NCBI GenBank assembly: GCA_028826165.1
Contig: JAPDFW010000024.1
Coordinates: 9,605-73,604 of the forward strand
Length of the DNA: 64,000 nt
Reading direction: 5' to 3'
Source: Anaeramoeba ignava BMAN
Taxonomy: Eukaryota > Protista > Anaeramoebae
The position numbers and the translations under genes are program-made. How positions within the stretch are numbered: the stretch's first letter is position 1; the number at the start of each line of letters is the position of its first letter. The notes under the pieces are model-generated. The model was not told where the DNA came from. It saw only the letters and a list, made by a program, of their open reading frames with translations, and did no database searches. Below are positions 41,619 through 54,180 of this stretch, in pieces.

Positions 41619-43145
41619 CTAATTAGAATCGTCAGAACGTTTTGTGGAATCAATAATTCCTGAAGAATCACTATTAGATGATAAAGAGGAATCAGAATAA
41701 TGTTCATCATTTGCTTTTTCTGGTGAATTATAACTATTAGACTCGGATGAGTTCTCCTCCAAAAATAAATTTGAATTTGAATTTTGCTTTGAATTTCGAG
41801 ATTTTTTCTTAAATTTGTTTTTTTTTGAATTTTTTTGTCTTAAAGCTCCTTTTTTTCTTTTTATTCTTTTTTGACTTGAATTTGAATTTGATTTTGAATT
41901 TGATTTTGAATTTGATTTTGAATTTGATTTTGAATTTGGTTTTGAATTTGGTTTTGAATTTGGTTTTGAATTTGGTTTTGAATTTGGTTTTGAATTTGAT
42001 TTTGAATTTGATTTTGAATTTGGTTTTGAATTTGATTTTGATTTTGAATTTGAATTTGAATTTGATTTTGAATTTGATTTTGAATTTGGTTTTGAATTTG
42101 ATTTTGATTTTGATTTTCGTTTCATATTTTGTTCATTTTGAAGATTCAATAACCGTTGAGAAAGCAACGGTTTATTGCTCATCTCTTCCTTTTGTAAATT
42201 TATTAATCTTTTATGAATTTCTTTTTTGTTTTTACTTTTAGAAAAAATCTTATTTTTTTTTTTGAATTTTTTTGTTGTATTCTTCAATCGCTTTTGATTC
42301 GATATTCTTGTTCTAGTAGCATTCCACTTATCAATTTCTCCTTTAATTGTTTCTTCAAGATTTTTTTTATTTGAATGCTTCATGCACATACTATATGCGT
42401 ATTTCCTTTTTTCTGCTGATTGTACATTCCTTACACAACTTTTGTAAATATGATAAGTCGAATTTGCCTTCATTTCGAGTATCGGAACACAGTTTTTTGC
42501 ATGATTTTTTTCTTGGGCCCCACCACAAAGGCTACAAATCCTTTTTGTTGTTTGTTGTTGTGGTTGATTTTGTGTTGTTTTATTTTTTGTTGTTTGTTTT
42601 TTTTTTTTTGGTTTTTTTTTTTTTTGTTTTTTTTTTCTTGCATTTTGATCAATAGATTCATTATCAGATTTTGAATTTGAATTTGAATTTGAATTTGAAT
42701 TTGATTTTGATTTTGATTTTGATTTTGAATTTGAATTTGAATTTGAATTTGAATTTGAATTTGAATTTGAATTTGGTTTTGAATTTGATTTTGAATTTGA
42801 ATTTGAATTTGATTTTGATTTTGATTTTGATTTTGAATTTGAATTTGATTTTGATTTTGAATTTGAATTTGATTTTGAATTTGATTTTGATTTTGATTTT
42901 GAATTTGAATTTGATTTTGATTTTGAATTTGATTTTGATTTTGAATTTGATTTTGATTTTGAATTTGATTTTGAAATTGAAATTGAATTTGGAATTGAAT
43001 TTGGAATTGAATTTGAAAAATCACTTTGCTCTGTGTTCATGTTGAGTTTATTCTTTGTTGAAGAAATGTGGGGGGATTTTTCTTGATCTTTGGGAAATGA
43101 AAAAAGAAAAAAAAATAATTTTATTAAACACTTGTTTTGGGGCAT
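41619..43145 (-). CDS. Basic, S/N/K-rich low-complexity protein with a CxxC-H-C zinc-knuckle-like motif (transposon cargo)
   Basis: 508-aa ORF with a non-repetitive core containing CSLCGGAQEKNHAKNC, and K-rich NLS-like runs. The true start may be MNTEQ at 43040. Confidence 0.7.
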   Translation of the reverse strand: MPQNKCLIKLFFFLFSFPKDQEKSPHISSTKNKLNMNTEQSDFSNSIPNSIPNSISISKSNSKSKSNSKSKSNSKSKSNSNSKSKSKSNSKSNSNSKSKSNSNSKSKSKSKSNSNSNSKSNSKPNSNSNSNSNSNSNSNSKSKSKSKSNSNSNSNSNSKSDNESIDQNARKKKQKKKKPKKKKQTTKNKTTQNQPQQQTTKRICSLCGGAQEKNHAKNCVPILEMKANSTYHIYKSCVRNVQSAEKRKYAYSMCMKHSNKKNLEETIKGEIDKWNATRTRISNQKRLKNTTKKFKKKNKIFSKSKNKKEIHKRLINLQKEEMSNKPLLSQRLLNLQNEQNMKRKSKSKSNSKPNSKSNSKSNSNSNSKSKSNSKPNSKSNSKSNSKPNSKPNSKPNSKPNSKPNSKSNSKSNSKSNSKSNSNSSQKRIKRKKGALRQKNSKKNKFKKKSRNSKQNSNSNLFLEENSSESNSYNSPEKANDEHYSDSSLSSNSDSSGIIDSTKRSDDSN

Positions 43146-43196
43146 TCCCCTTTGGCGATTATTTATTTTTAATTTTGGTTTTTAAAAATTCAATTA

Positions 43197-44435
43197 TTAT
43201 TTTCCAATTTTGGATTTAATTTCAATATCTTAAATTTTATTATTAATCAAAAAGTAATTTTATTGAAAAAAAAATGTTACATTCTTGAAAACTATTCAAT
43301 TCATATGGATAAGGCGAATTCTCGAATTCATCTCCACTATATACCGAATCAAAACTATCTGAAGAATCGAAAACTACAACTTCCTCTTGAATTTGATTGA
43401 AGTTTTCATGTTTAATTTGTAACGGAATTAAACATTCAATAAGATTTGAATTTTCACTTTCACTTTGATATTCAATTTGATTTTGATTTTGATTATTTTC
43501 ATTTTCACTTTGATATTCAATTTCATTTTCACTTTTATATTCAATTTCATTTTCACTTTGATATTCATTTTCATTTTTATTTTCATTTTGATTTTGATTA
43601 TTTTCATTTTCAGTTTGATATTCAGTTTGATTTTGATTTTGAATTTGAATTTGATTTTGATTTTCATTTTGATTTTGATTTTGATTTTGATATTCAATTT
43701 CAATTTGATTTTGAATTTGAATTTGAATTTGATTTTGATTTTGATTGTCAATTTCAATTCGGTTTTCATTTTCATTTTGATATTCAATTTCAATTTGATT
43801 TTCATTTTGATTTTGATTTTCAATTTCAATTTGATTTTCAATTTCAATTTCATTTTCATTTTCATTTTCAATTTCAATTTCATTTTCATTTTCATTTTCA
43901 ATTTCAATTTCAATTTCATTTTCATTTTCAATTTCAATTTGATTTTGATTTTGATCATTTCCATTTTCAATTTCAATTTGATTTTGATTTTGATCATTTC
44001 CATTTTCATTTCCATTTTCATTTTCTTTTTGTTTTTTTTCACTCCTATTGGCTACAAGAAAAAATTTTAGATTTTTTGAGAAATAAAAAAGTAAGATTTT
44101 TTTTAATTATATTTATTAGATAAAAATATACAGATTTTGTTTATATCATAAAGTATATTATTGATATTCAAATTAGGGAAGGATTGAGAAATTTTTTTAA
44201 GCAGATTTTTGTGTATGAACTTTCCAAGGGAAGAAATTGCCCAAGAGTAGACATGCGGTGAAATATATTCTTTTTTGGTCATTTCTTTAAGAATTTCTAA
44301 AATTTCTCCAATATTTTCTATTTTGATATTTGGTGAGACAATTTTTGAAGAAATCAAAAATAACGAACAGATTTCTTCACTTTTTTCCAATTGATTTAAA
44401 TGCTGTAATATTTCTTCAATTTTTTTATTTTCCAT
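43197..44435 (-). CDS. Acidic E/N/Q/I-repeat hypothetical protein, 3 predicted exons (44435-44132, 44051-43281, 43228-43197)
   Basis: The 110-aa ORF joins in phase 1 across a GT..AG intron (44131-44052) to an ATG-less open frame reading SNRSEKKQKENENGNENGNDQNQ...QEEVVVFDSSDSFDSVYSGDEFENSPYPYEL. A second GT..AG intron (43280-43229) leads to a stop. Confidence 0.6.
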
Positions 44436-44499
44436 TTTTTAAAAAGAAAAGAAAGAAGAGAAAAATTTAGAAAAAATCCAAAAAAAATAAAAAAGAAAA

Positions 44500-44810
44500 A
44501 TAAAAATCCAAAAATATTTTTATTATAAATTTTAATTTAAAATTGAATAAGTGATCCAAATAAAAAAGAAAAACAAAAAATCCAAAAATATTTTTATTTT
44601 AAATTTTAATTTAAAATTGAATAAGTGATCCAAATAAAAAAGAAAAACAAAAAATCCAAAAAAATTTTTATTTTAAATTTTAATTTAAAATTGAATAAGT
44701 GATCCAAATAAAATAAAAAAGAAAAAAAATAAAAATCCAAAAAAATTGTTATTTTAAATTTTAATTTAAAATTGAATTTAAAATTGAATAAGTGATCCAA
44801 ATAAAAGAAA
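44500..44810. repeat. Four direct repeats with core AAATTGAATAAGTGATCCAAATAAAA (~74-93-bp spacing)
   Basis: GTGATCCAAA at ~44551, 44625, 44699 and 44792, between the transposase stop and the next gene start. Confidence 0.85.
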
Positions 44811-44851
44811 ATTAAAAAGAGAAAATGAAAAATAAATTAAAATGAATCATT

Positions 44852-46042
44852 TTAATCTGTTCTGGAATCATTTTGATCCAAATCTGCTAAATATGGGTAA
44901 TCTTCCTTAAAAAAATTGAATGCATATTGCTTCTCATTGAATTGATCAAATAATAGAGACCAAGTTTCCAAAGGCTGATCAATAAAATCTTGTGTATAAT
45001 TCTTCAAATTTCGTTTGATCACGCCGAAAGCCATTTCTATTGGATTCAATTCTGGCGAATATGGAGGTAAATAAAAAAACAAAACCCCTTTTTCACTTAA
45101 TAAAAATCGAAGATCGTTATCAATTCCGTGATGAACAGCACAGTTATCTAGGATTAGAACCATATTTGAACGAAGAACAGGTACTAATGAATTTTCAATA
45201 AAATGTAAAAAACAAAGTGAATTAACGGATCTCTGAAAATGATCAACAACAAGAAATCCTTGAGAGCAAAAAGCACATATCGAATTGATTCGATGCTTTT
45301 TATCTCTTGATAGAAAACTACCAAATATATTAGAGCCTTTTTGTGACCATGCATCTGTTCTAGATGCTTTATTTAAATTGACTCCCGTCTCATCTAGAAA
45401 AATTACAGAATCAGCTCCATAAGTAATAAAGATATTATGCATAAGATCAATAAAAGCAAGTTTCAACATCTGATTTTCTTGAGTGAACTTTCTAGGGCTC
45501 CTAAGAGACATCTTCTTTTTAGAGAATCCAAGTTCTGAAGAGATGAATTTATGAAGGGTCGAAATTGAAACGTCAATTTGATATGTGTGGATTAATTTAT
45601 CTTTGATCTCTCTTAAAAAAATTGTAGGAGTCAACTTTAGCTCCTTTTTGATGATTTTTCCTTCATGCTGTGAGATTTTTTTAATTGATGTTTTTTTTTT
45701 CTTATTTTTTTGATCTATCAATATTGTCGTTTCAATCACAGAATTATAAAAAATGACACATAAATGATGTTCATCATTAATTTCGTCAGATCCTTTTGTT
45801 AATCTAATCAATGTTTGTATTAAATAATTCTTTAGTTTACAGATATATGTTTTTCCTTTTTTAAACTCCTTTGCCATTGCTCTAACTGAAGGAATATCGT
45901 CACCTAAAAGCAAGTATATTAAAATATATTCTGCCAACTCAAATAATATGTCAATAACAATAAGAGGATCATATGCCCTTCCTTTGAAAAAACGTCCTTT
46001 GTTTTGATTGGTTTTGAAATTATCAAAATTTAAATTGCTCAT
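44852..46042 (-). CDS. IS630/Tc1-family DDE transposase (DD36E), intact, 396 aa
   Basis: N-terminal GRAY motif and HTH (SVRAMAKEFKKGKTYI); second HTH (IFLREIKDKL..VSISTLHKFISSELGFSKKK); catalytic VIFLDETG, LILDNCAVHH and LPPYSPELNPIE. Hand count gives 36 residues between the second D and the E. Confidence 0.95.
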   Translation of the reverse strand: MSNLNFDNFKTNQNKGRFFKGRAYDPLIVIDILFELAEYILIYLLLGDDIPSVRAMAKEFKKGKTYICKLKNYLIQTLIRLTKGSDEINDEHHLCVIFYNSVIETTILIDQKNKKKKTSIKKISQHEGKIIKKELKLTPTIFLREIKDKLIHTYQIDVSISTLHKFISSELGFSKKKMSLRSPRKFTQENQMLKLAFIDLMHNIFITYGADSVIFLDETGVNLNKASRTDAWSQKGSNIFGSFLSRDKKHRINSICAFCSQGFLVVDHFQRSVNSLCFLHFIENSLVPVLRSNMVLILDNCAVHHGIDNDLRFLLSEKGVLFFYLPPYSPELNPIEMAFGVIKRNLKNYTQDFIDQPLETWSLLFDQFNEKQYAFNFFKEDYPYLADLDQNDSRTD

Positions 46043-46329
46043 CTTATAAAAAAATCAAAAAATGAAAAAAAAAGATTAAAAAGAAATAAAAAAATGAAAA
46101 AAAAAATGAAAAAAAAAAAATTAAAAAAAATGAAAAAAAAAATTATTTTTTTCATTATAGTGTATATTAATGTATATATATCTTATAAAATGAGGATAAA
46201 AGAAAAATGTTGAATAGAATTTCGAAAATTATATTTAATTTGGTTTGATTTGATTTATTTGAAAAAAAAAGGTCAATTTAAAATTGAGATTTTCTTATAT
46301 TTTTTTTTAAATAGAAACCAAATAAATTC

Positions 46330-47610
46330 AGGAATTAACATCTCTCAAATTATCAATTTTGATTTCATTGATAACAATTTTGGAGATTGTGTTTTGTGAG
46401 AAGAAGAAAAAAAAAGAGAAAGTAAATTTATCTTTGTTTTGTTTTGTTTTGTTTTGTTGTTTTTTATTGAAACGGATTTTCTCATGAAAATCCTCCAGCA
46501 TGATTCTGGTTTGTAATATCAAAAGAAAAGAAAAGAAAAGAAAAGAAAAGAAAAGAAAAAAGAGAAAAAAAAAAAATGAACGAAATCTATCTTTGATTTC
46601 AAAATTTTTTCAATAATTGTGAATTTGATTCCGTTTATCAAGGTTATTCCTTGTGAAATTTTTTTTTCTGAATTAATTTTTTGGATTTTTCATTCCATTT
46701 TTTGATTTGTTTTTCTGATCTTTTTATTTATCATTCTGTTTCTGATTATTTTGGTGGGAGTTTTCATATTGTTGTTTGTAAATTGTTCTTCTAATTCTTT
46801 ATTTTATGGAGTTGGTTTTGTTCTACAAATCTTCAGTTTTCTTCATCTCTAAGAATGTTATTATCTGCTTATGTAAATAATAATATCATTTCAAACATAT
46901 TATGGATTAATTCTTTTTTTTTTTAGGATATATTTTTCTTCTAACTATTACTTTTATTAGTTGTTTTTCATACTTGAATCGAATAAATAGCTTTTCTGAT
47001 TTCATTTCTGGGATGGTTATATGTTGAAAATTTATCAAGAAAAAGAACGATTTCTTCTCTTTGGTTCTAAAAATTGAAAGTATCTTGGATTTTGTTGTTT
47101 CAAATATTTTTTCTGTTTTATTTGTATTTCCCTGATTTCAAATCAGATATTCTTTATTCATTATAATTTTTTGTTAGCTTTCCTAAACAAAATAAATTTT
47201 TAAAACCATTTCAAATCATGCTTTTTATCATATTTGATGAATTCGTTCTATTTCATTTGTTCCTATTATCATAATTCTTGGATCTAAAAATCCTTCTGAG
47301 TTTTTTTTTTTTGAATGGTTTAGTTTCTTTGTTTTAGAGAATGAGTTTTTGCATGATTTATTTGGAATGATTGGAGAAACTTTTAGATTTCTGATGAACA
47401 ACTTTTCCTTCGTATCAGAACTGATTTATCTGCTTGACTTTTTTTTTATCTTCATATTTGAAATTCCGCATTTAGTGTATAGGAGTTTTCCATTAGATAT
47501 TATCATAATATTTGTTATTATGTGTCTCGTTATTTATTTTCTTATCTTTTAGTTATCTTTGATAAGATTGAAAACACTATTTTAGATGATGATATTTTCT
47601 GGAGTTTCCT
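46330..47610 (-). pseudogene. Possible decayed gene remnant inside the element
   Basis: Non-repetitive sequence with coding-like composition, but only short interrupted frames and no recognisable motif. Confidence 0.25.
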
Positions 47611-47612
47611 GT

Positions 47613-47831
<219 letters not shown>

Positions 47832-48196
47832 ATTTAGAAGAAAAAGAAATTATTTTATTTTTTTTTCCTTCTTTTTGGAAGTCATTTCAAAAATGATCAA
47901 ATGGGGTAATCCTCAGGTATATGCAGATTCCCTATTTATTGCCTAAATCAGATAATTTCGATTTTGAAACCTTTTGAAATAATCACAGGATATTAGAGAG
48001 AAGGGAATCATTTTTCACAAGAATATTTTCAAGACAAAAAACCAAATGAAACAGTGAAAGAAAAAAAAAGAAGAATTACTTATAGAGGAACCAAAGTTGC
48101 TGTCTCCTTAAGAAAAAAGAAAAAGAAATCAAAAATCAAATGAAATGATTTCAAGTTTGTTGATTTTTCCAATTATTCAAAAAAAAAATTGAATCT

Positions 48197-51140
48197 TTAA
48201 TAATTTCTGTGATAAAAAAGAAATTGAATATCTTCTGAAAATTTAAATGGATTTTGCAAAATAGGTTGATATCCATCATTAAACTCCCACCAAGTTCTAT
48301 CCATTTCTCTTTTACAAAAAGAAAAAAAATGAGCAAAATCTTCCTTTTTTTGATGAAAAATAATTCCAAATAAAGAATAAGTTGGATTTTCAAGAGGATC
48401 TTGTAAAAATGAAGATAAATCAAGAAATTCATTAGGAATAATTGCAAGAGAGTTTTTGAAGTTTACTTTTTTGATTGGATCATATTCTAACCTTTTGAAA
48501 TAAATAACAAGAATTTCTGGAATTTTGGAAATTTTAAAAGAATGAAATGATGCATTTTGTTCATCGCATTTAGAACAAATCCAAGCATTTTCTCCTATCA
48601 TCAAAGATGGTGTAAAATAAATCTCAAGAAGTTGATTTGAAGATATATTCTTTTGTTTAATCAAAGCAATATCTAAACATTGAAATTCATTTCTGAAATT
48701 GATTTGTTCTCCACAATCATCACAAGTAATAGTTATGAAAAATTCTCCTTGAAACATATTACAAATTGACATATTTTGATTCCCCTTTTCTAATTCTTCT
48801 TGTGTAAGATCTGGATCTTCAAGAAAATCTTTTGTTTCTTGTTGAATCATTTCAATTAAACTCATTAATAATTCCATTTCATCTTGAGGTCTAAAATTAT
48901 TCCATTTTTCATTTTTTTTCTGCTAAAGCATCATGAAGAAAACGTAAATCGAAATGATTGTTTGAAGTTTTGAGCATTGTTTCTAAAATAATTGTAATAA
49001 ATCCAATTCCATTTAATTGTGAAAAATTAGTTCTTATCAAACATTGAAGAATTGAAGCAAGATAACAACTATTTCCAATATTAGGAATTACTCGAAAATT
49101 CTAAAAAAAAAGGTTTGAAATATTAAATATGAAATATTAAATATTAAATATTGGATTGAATCCATTTCAAAAATCAAAAAAAATCAAGATTTTTACTTTA
49201 TCAAAAAATGTTCTATCATAGCTTAGAATTTCTTTAGGAAATTTGATAGATTTGCCAATTTCAATTTTCTTTTCCTTTTTTTCTACTTCAATCAAATTTA
49301 GTTTTTGTTTTTGTTTTAATTTGGAAAGTTGATTCTGATTTAGAAAATTGAGAGGTTGAGATATTGATTTGAGATTTAAGAGTTTTTGATTTGAATTGTT
49401 TTTGATTTTGTTTTTTTTATTCATTTCTCCTTGTTGTTTTGATTGTGAAATATCTATGTTTTTTCTTTTTTTTTGAGAATTTGTTTGAGATCTTGTTGAA
49501 TTTTTCTCATTTGGAATATTCTCGTTATTAGGAATAACTTTTTTTGTTCTTAATAATTTGGGGAATTTAATTCTTTTGTTTGTATCATCCAAAAAATCAT
49601 GTAAAATAATTGAATTATCAGTGAAAATGAAATGATGTTGGTTGTGAAGAAGTGGAATTTTTGGAACATTTTGAATTACTTGAGATTTATCAACTTCAAT
49701 AATTATTGGATAAGTTCTTTGTAGTTTTTGAAGAAAAAAGAAAAGATCTAAAATGGAACAGATTTGAGAAACTGATACTTTTTGTCTTGAAATATTCCCA
49801 AAATGGGAATCAGCTAAATTTCTTCCATGATATGATTCAAAATAAACAAGTTCAATTTCTTGAAATAAAGAATGAAATAAATCATAAATTATAATAGGAA
49901 CTTGATTATTTTTGAGGTGTCTTCCTCCATCACTAAAAAAAACAACTCTTCTTCTTTGAGTAAATTCTTTTGTTTCAAATTGATATTCAAGAAAATTTTT
50001 CAAATAACGCAAAGCAGATATAACATAATATTGATCCTAATTAAAATAAATTAAATTTTATTGTTTTGTGTTTTTTTTTTGAAAATAGATAACATTTTAT
50101 TGTTATTTTTGTTGATTAAAAAACAATCAAAAAACCTTATGTGAATCTTCTGAGATAAAATCAATATAAGATAATGAATCACCACTTAGAGTAGAATTAA
50201 ATAACCTCCATGATTTCCTTTTATACCATTGTTCTGTTGTCCAATAATCTTGCTTTTGTTGTATATTCATAGCAAAATCTAAAACAATAATCAAAGTATC
50301 AGGATCATTTTTACAACTTTGAAAATAATTTCTAATATTCTTGATATATTGAAGATGATTAATTGGAATAGGATTTTGAGCACATATTCCACATTCAAAA
50401 AATCTTGATTTTCCACATTTTAAAAGAAAAAATTTATTAGAAATGAAGCAGAATTGTTCATAAGATATTCTTGTTGGTTCTTCTTTTTCATTTTCATTTT
50501 CATTTTCATTTTCATTTTCATTTTCATTTGCTTTGGTTAAAGGAGTTCTAAAATTCATGTGAGTTTGACTTGAAAAAAAATCTAAACAACAAGTATCTTC
50601 TAAAAGATTATTAATTATTTCAATTTTGATTAAAAAATCTTCTCCTATTTGTTCCATTACTAAATCTCGATGTGTTTTTATCTTTTTAGAACTATTCAAA
50701 TGATGAAATTTTGAGTTCAAATGTCTTTCCACTTTTTTTTTTGAAGATGGATGAAATTGAAGATCACATATTTTACATAAAACTTCATTTGATTCATCTT
50801 TTCTATCTAAACAAGGGCATGTTTCAATAAATTCTTTCAAACTTTCTTGAGGTTGTTTTTTCTTTGTAAAAGAAGAAATTCCTTCCAAATGTAAAACAGG
50901 TCTTTCATTTTCTTTTTCAATTTGAGAATTTTCTAAAGAAACTAATCCTTTAAAAATTTGAAATCCATCTTCATTTAAAATGAGAATTTTTTGATTGTTT
51001 TCAAAATAGAAAATTTTTGAAATTTGGATTGATTGATCAAAATAAGAACTTATTTTTGATTTGAGATTTTCTAAATTTGGATAAGAAGATAAATTTAAAA
51101 GATTTGATTGATTTTCAAAAATAATTTTGCAAATTTCCAT
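48197..51140 (-). CDS. Zn-finger + Sola-like DDD transposase + USP (peptidase C19) deubiquitinase fusion, ~915 aa, 3 exons (51140-50136, 50036-49197, 49100-48197); one +1 frameshift in an A8 run at ~48912-48919
   Basis: Phase-0 GT..AG introns 50135-50037 and 49196-49101 join the ORFs in frame. Motifs: CKIC..VERHLNSKFH zinc finger; LDFAMN, FFSDGGRHLKN and YFESYHGRNLADSHFG (D-D-D); USP Cys box IPNIGNSCYLASILQCL, PQDEMELL, and His box YSLFGIIFHQKKEDFAHF..WWEFND. Confidence 0.82.
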
Positions 51141-51699
51141 CAAAATAAAAAAAACAATTTCAAAAGAAAAAAAAAAGAAAAGAAGTAAGAAAAATGAAAG
51201 GAATTTTTTTTCAAATTTCTTTTTTAAATGGGAATTCTCATTATCTCAAAAATGTGAAGAAAAAATGAGAATAATCTTTTTTTTTCCAATAAGTTGTCAT
51301 TTATGATCCTTATTTGTTTTAATTAAATTTTTAATTGTTTTGTTTTTGAAATTCTTTTTGATCTTTTTAATAAAATTGAATTAAGAAAACAATTCAAAGA
51401 AAGAATAAGAAATTCTCTTTAAAAAACAAAGAAATAAATTAGTTCATCAAAAATAAAAAAATTGATTCAAATCTTAAAATAAGAATTTAATTTAATTTAA
51501 TTTAGAAATATTTTCTACAATAAATGAATTCAAAATGGAAATTTAAATAAAATTATTTGTCTAAAATTGAATTTTTCTATTTACAATCAAGAAAGAAAAA
51601 CAAATCAAAAAACAATAAAAAAAAATATTAAAAAAAAAATTTGAACTTGAGGACGAAGAGGATTTTGGGGATTTTTTGTTTGTTCATTTTCTCGCGTCG

Positions 51700-52520
51700 C
51701 TATTCACTCACATTTTATTATTCATTATATAAATCATACTCTGATTCATTTGACTCAGAAGATAAACCAGAATTAGATTCAAGAGATTTAGATAATAATG
51801 ACTACGAAGAATCCCCTCACGAAACTGAATGATGAACTGAAATCAAAATATCTTAATATTGAGTAAGTATTCTCCTTTCTGGTTTAGTTTTTAATAACCT
51901 AATTTACAAGTGATATCTGGAGTATTTGCCTGGAGAAATTCCTTAAAATAAAACAAAAAAAAAACAAGAATTTTGTTTCAAATCAATTCGAAACATTATT
52001 TCAGGAGAATACTTGAAATTTAATGGAAGAAAATGGAGATGATTCAAATCATGAAGAAAAAAAAGAAGAAGATCTTCATTTGGATTAAAGTTTGATGAGT
52101 AATTTCCAAATCAGAAAAAATAATTTTCAAAAAGGAAAAAAGAGATGTGATTGAAAAAAAAAATTAATCAGTTGTAAGTAGAAATAGAATGAAAATAAGG
52201 ATTTTTTTTTTGGAAAACCACTAAAATTCTTGATCAATTCATGATAAAAGGAAAAAAGTGGTTTTTTATTTGTTCACAAGTGTTATAATAAAATGAAATC
52301 GAATAAAAAAAAGCAGAAATCAAAAAAGAAATAATGAAATTTAATAAGTAAGAAATTACAAATAGAAAAAATCAACCAATTTTACAATTATATTCCAGAA
52401 AATTGAAAAGAAAAAAATGGGAAACAACTCAAGTCGACAGAAATGAGAAAAGAGTGAATTCAATAGTGATTGTAAAAGAAATTGAAAATTTTTGGAGCGA
52501 AAAATAAAAATTTTAGGAAT
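51700..52520 (+). pseudogene. Possible decayed gene remnant (acidic N-terminal fragment)
   Basis: SDSFDSEDKPELDSRDLDNNDYEESPHETE followed by stop-interrupted, purine-rich, coding-like sequence. Confidence 0.3.
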
Positions 52521-52914
52521 AAGAATGAATTATTAATTAAATAGATTTAATTTAATATAAATAAAAGAAACAGTATTCAAAGATATATTCTTAATTGTGT
52601 ATATTCAGAAGTCAATATGAGCTTGAGAATAAAAAAAAAATTCCTTAAGGATTTGACTGGGAAAAATCACTTGTGGGTTTGATCAATAATTAAAAGGAAG
52701 AGACAATGAAAAAAATTCAGAACTCTGAGTCTAGAAGTTTTTGATATCTAATATGTCTTAATTATTATTAAAAAAAAAGAAAGAAAAAGACCAATTAAAT
52801 TGGGTTGATTTTCGGACATTTCAAAAAAATAAAAAAAAAATGAAATAAAAATGAAAAAAAAATGAAAATTTTTTAAAAATTTTTTAAAAAATTTTTAAAA
52901 AATTTTTAAAAAAA

Positions 52915-52940
52915 TGTCCGCACCCAAATAAAAATGACTG
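52915..52940 (-). repeat. Right terminal inverted repeat (26 bp)
   Basis: Exact reverse complement of 26882-26907; followed by TA (52941-52942). Confidence 0.95.
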
Positions 52941-54180
52941 TAATAATATTTAATTAAATTTAAAGTATAAATTATTTTGAAATAAATTAATGATATAAAA
53001 TATAATTTTATTATTTATTTTCCTTATTAAATAATTAATAAAATAATTTAAACATTTTTAATATAAATTTAATCAAAAAATTAAATAATAAAAATCAAAA
53101 TTAAAATATAAAATAATTTATTTATATAATTTATAAAAAGAATTTATTATCTAAATTAATTCAAAATAGATTTTAAAATAAATATAAATTTAAATCAAAA
53201 AAAAATTAAATTTAATTAATTTTATTTCAAAAAAAATAAAATAATTTTAAATAATATTAAATAATAATATTTAATTAAATTTAAAGTATAAATTATTTTA
53301 AAATAAATTAATAATATAAAATATAATTTTATTATTTATTTTACTTATTAAATAATTAATAAAATAATTTAATCATTTTCAATATAAATTTAATCAAAAA
53401 TAAATAATTAAAATCAAAATCAAAAATATAAAATAATTTATTTATATAATTTATAAAAAGATTTTATTATCTAAATTAATTCAAAATTGATTTAAAAATA
53501 AATATAAATTTAAATCAAAAAAAATTAAATTTAATTAATTTTATTTCAAAAAAATTAAATTTAATTAATTTTATTTCAAAAAAAATAAAATAATTTTTAA
53601 ATAATATTAAATAATAATATTTAATTAAATTTAAAGTATAAATTATTTTGAAATAAATTAATAATATAAAATATAATTTTATTATTTATTTTCCTTATTA
53701 AATAATTAATAAAATAATTTAATCATTTTTAATATAAATTTAATCAAAAAATTAAATAATAAAAATCAAAATTAAAATGTAAAATAATTTATTTATATAA
53801 TTTATAAAAAGATTTTATTATCTAAATTAATTCAAAATAGATTTAAAAATAAATATAAATTTAAATCAAAAAAAATTAAATTTAATTAATTTAATTTCCA
53901 AAAAAAATAAAATAATTTTAAATAATATTAAATAATAATATTTAATTAAATTTAAAGTATAAATTATTTTGAAATAAATTAATAATATAAAATATAATTT
54001 TATTACTTATTTTCCTTATTAAATGATTAATAAAATAATTTAATCATTTTTAATATAAATTTAATCAAAAAATTAAATAATAAAAATTAAAATTAAAATG
54101 TAAAATAATTTATTTATATAATTTATAAAAAGATTTTATTATCTAAATTAATTTAAAAATGATTTAAAAATAAATATAAA
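52941..54180. repeat. ~321-bp host tandem repeat (~3.8 copies), the target of the giant element
   Basis: TAATAATATTTAATTAAATTTAAAGTATAA at 52941, ~53262, ~53612 and ~53933. The preceding part of the first unit lies at ~26720-26881. Confidence 0.9.

Noticed and set aside
41825-44123. Overlapping ORFs in alternative frames (LNLILI, QIQNQN, FHFDF, MKMKIK)
   Set aside because: They are shadow frames of hexamer-repeat coding regions. The frames with non-repetitive cores and splice-compatible ends were preferred.
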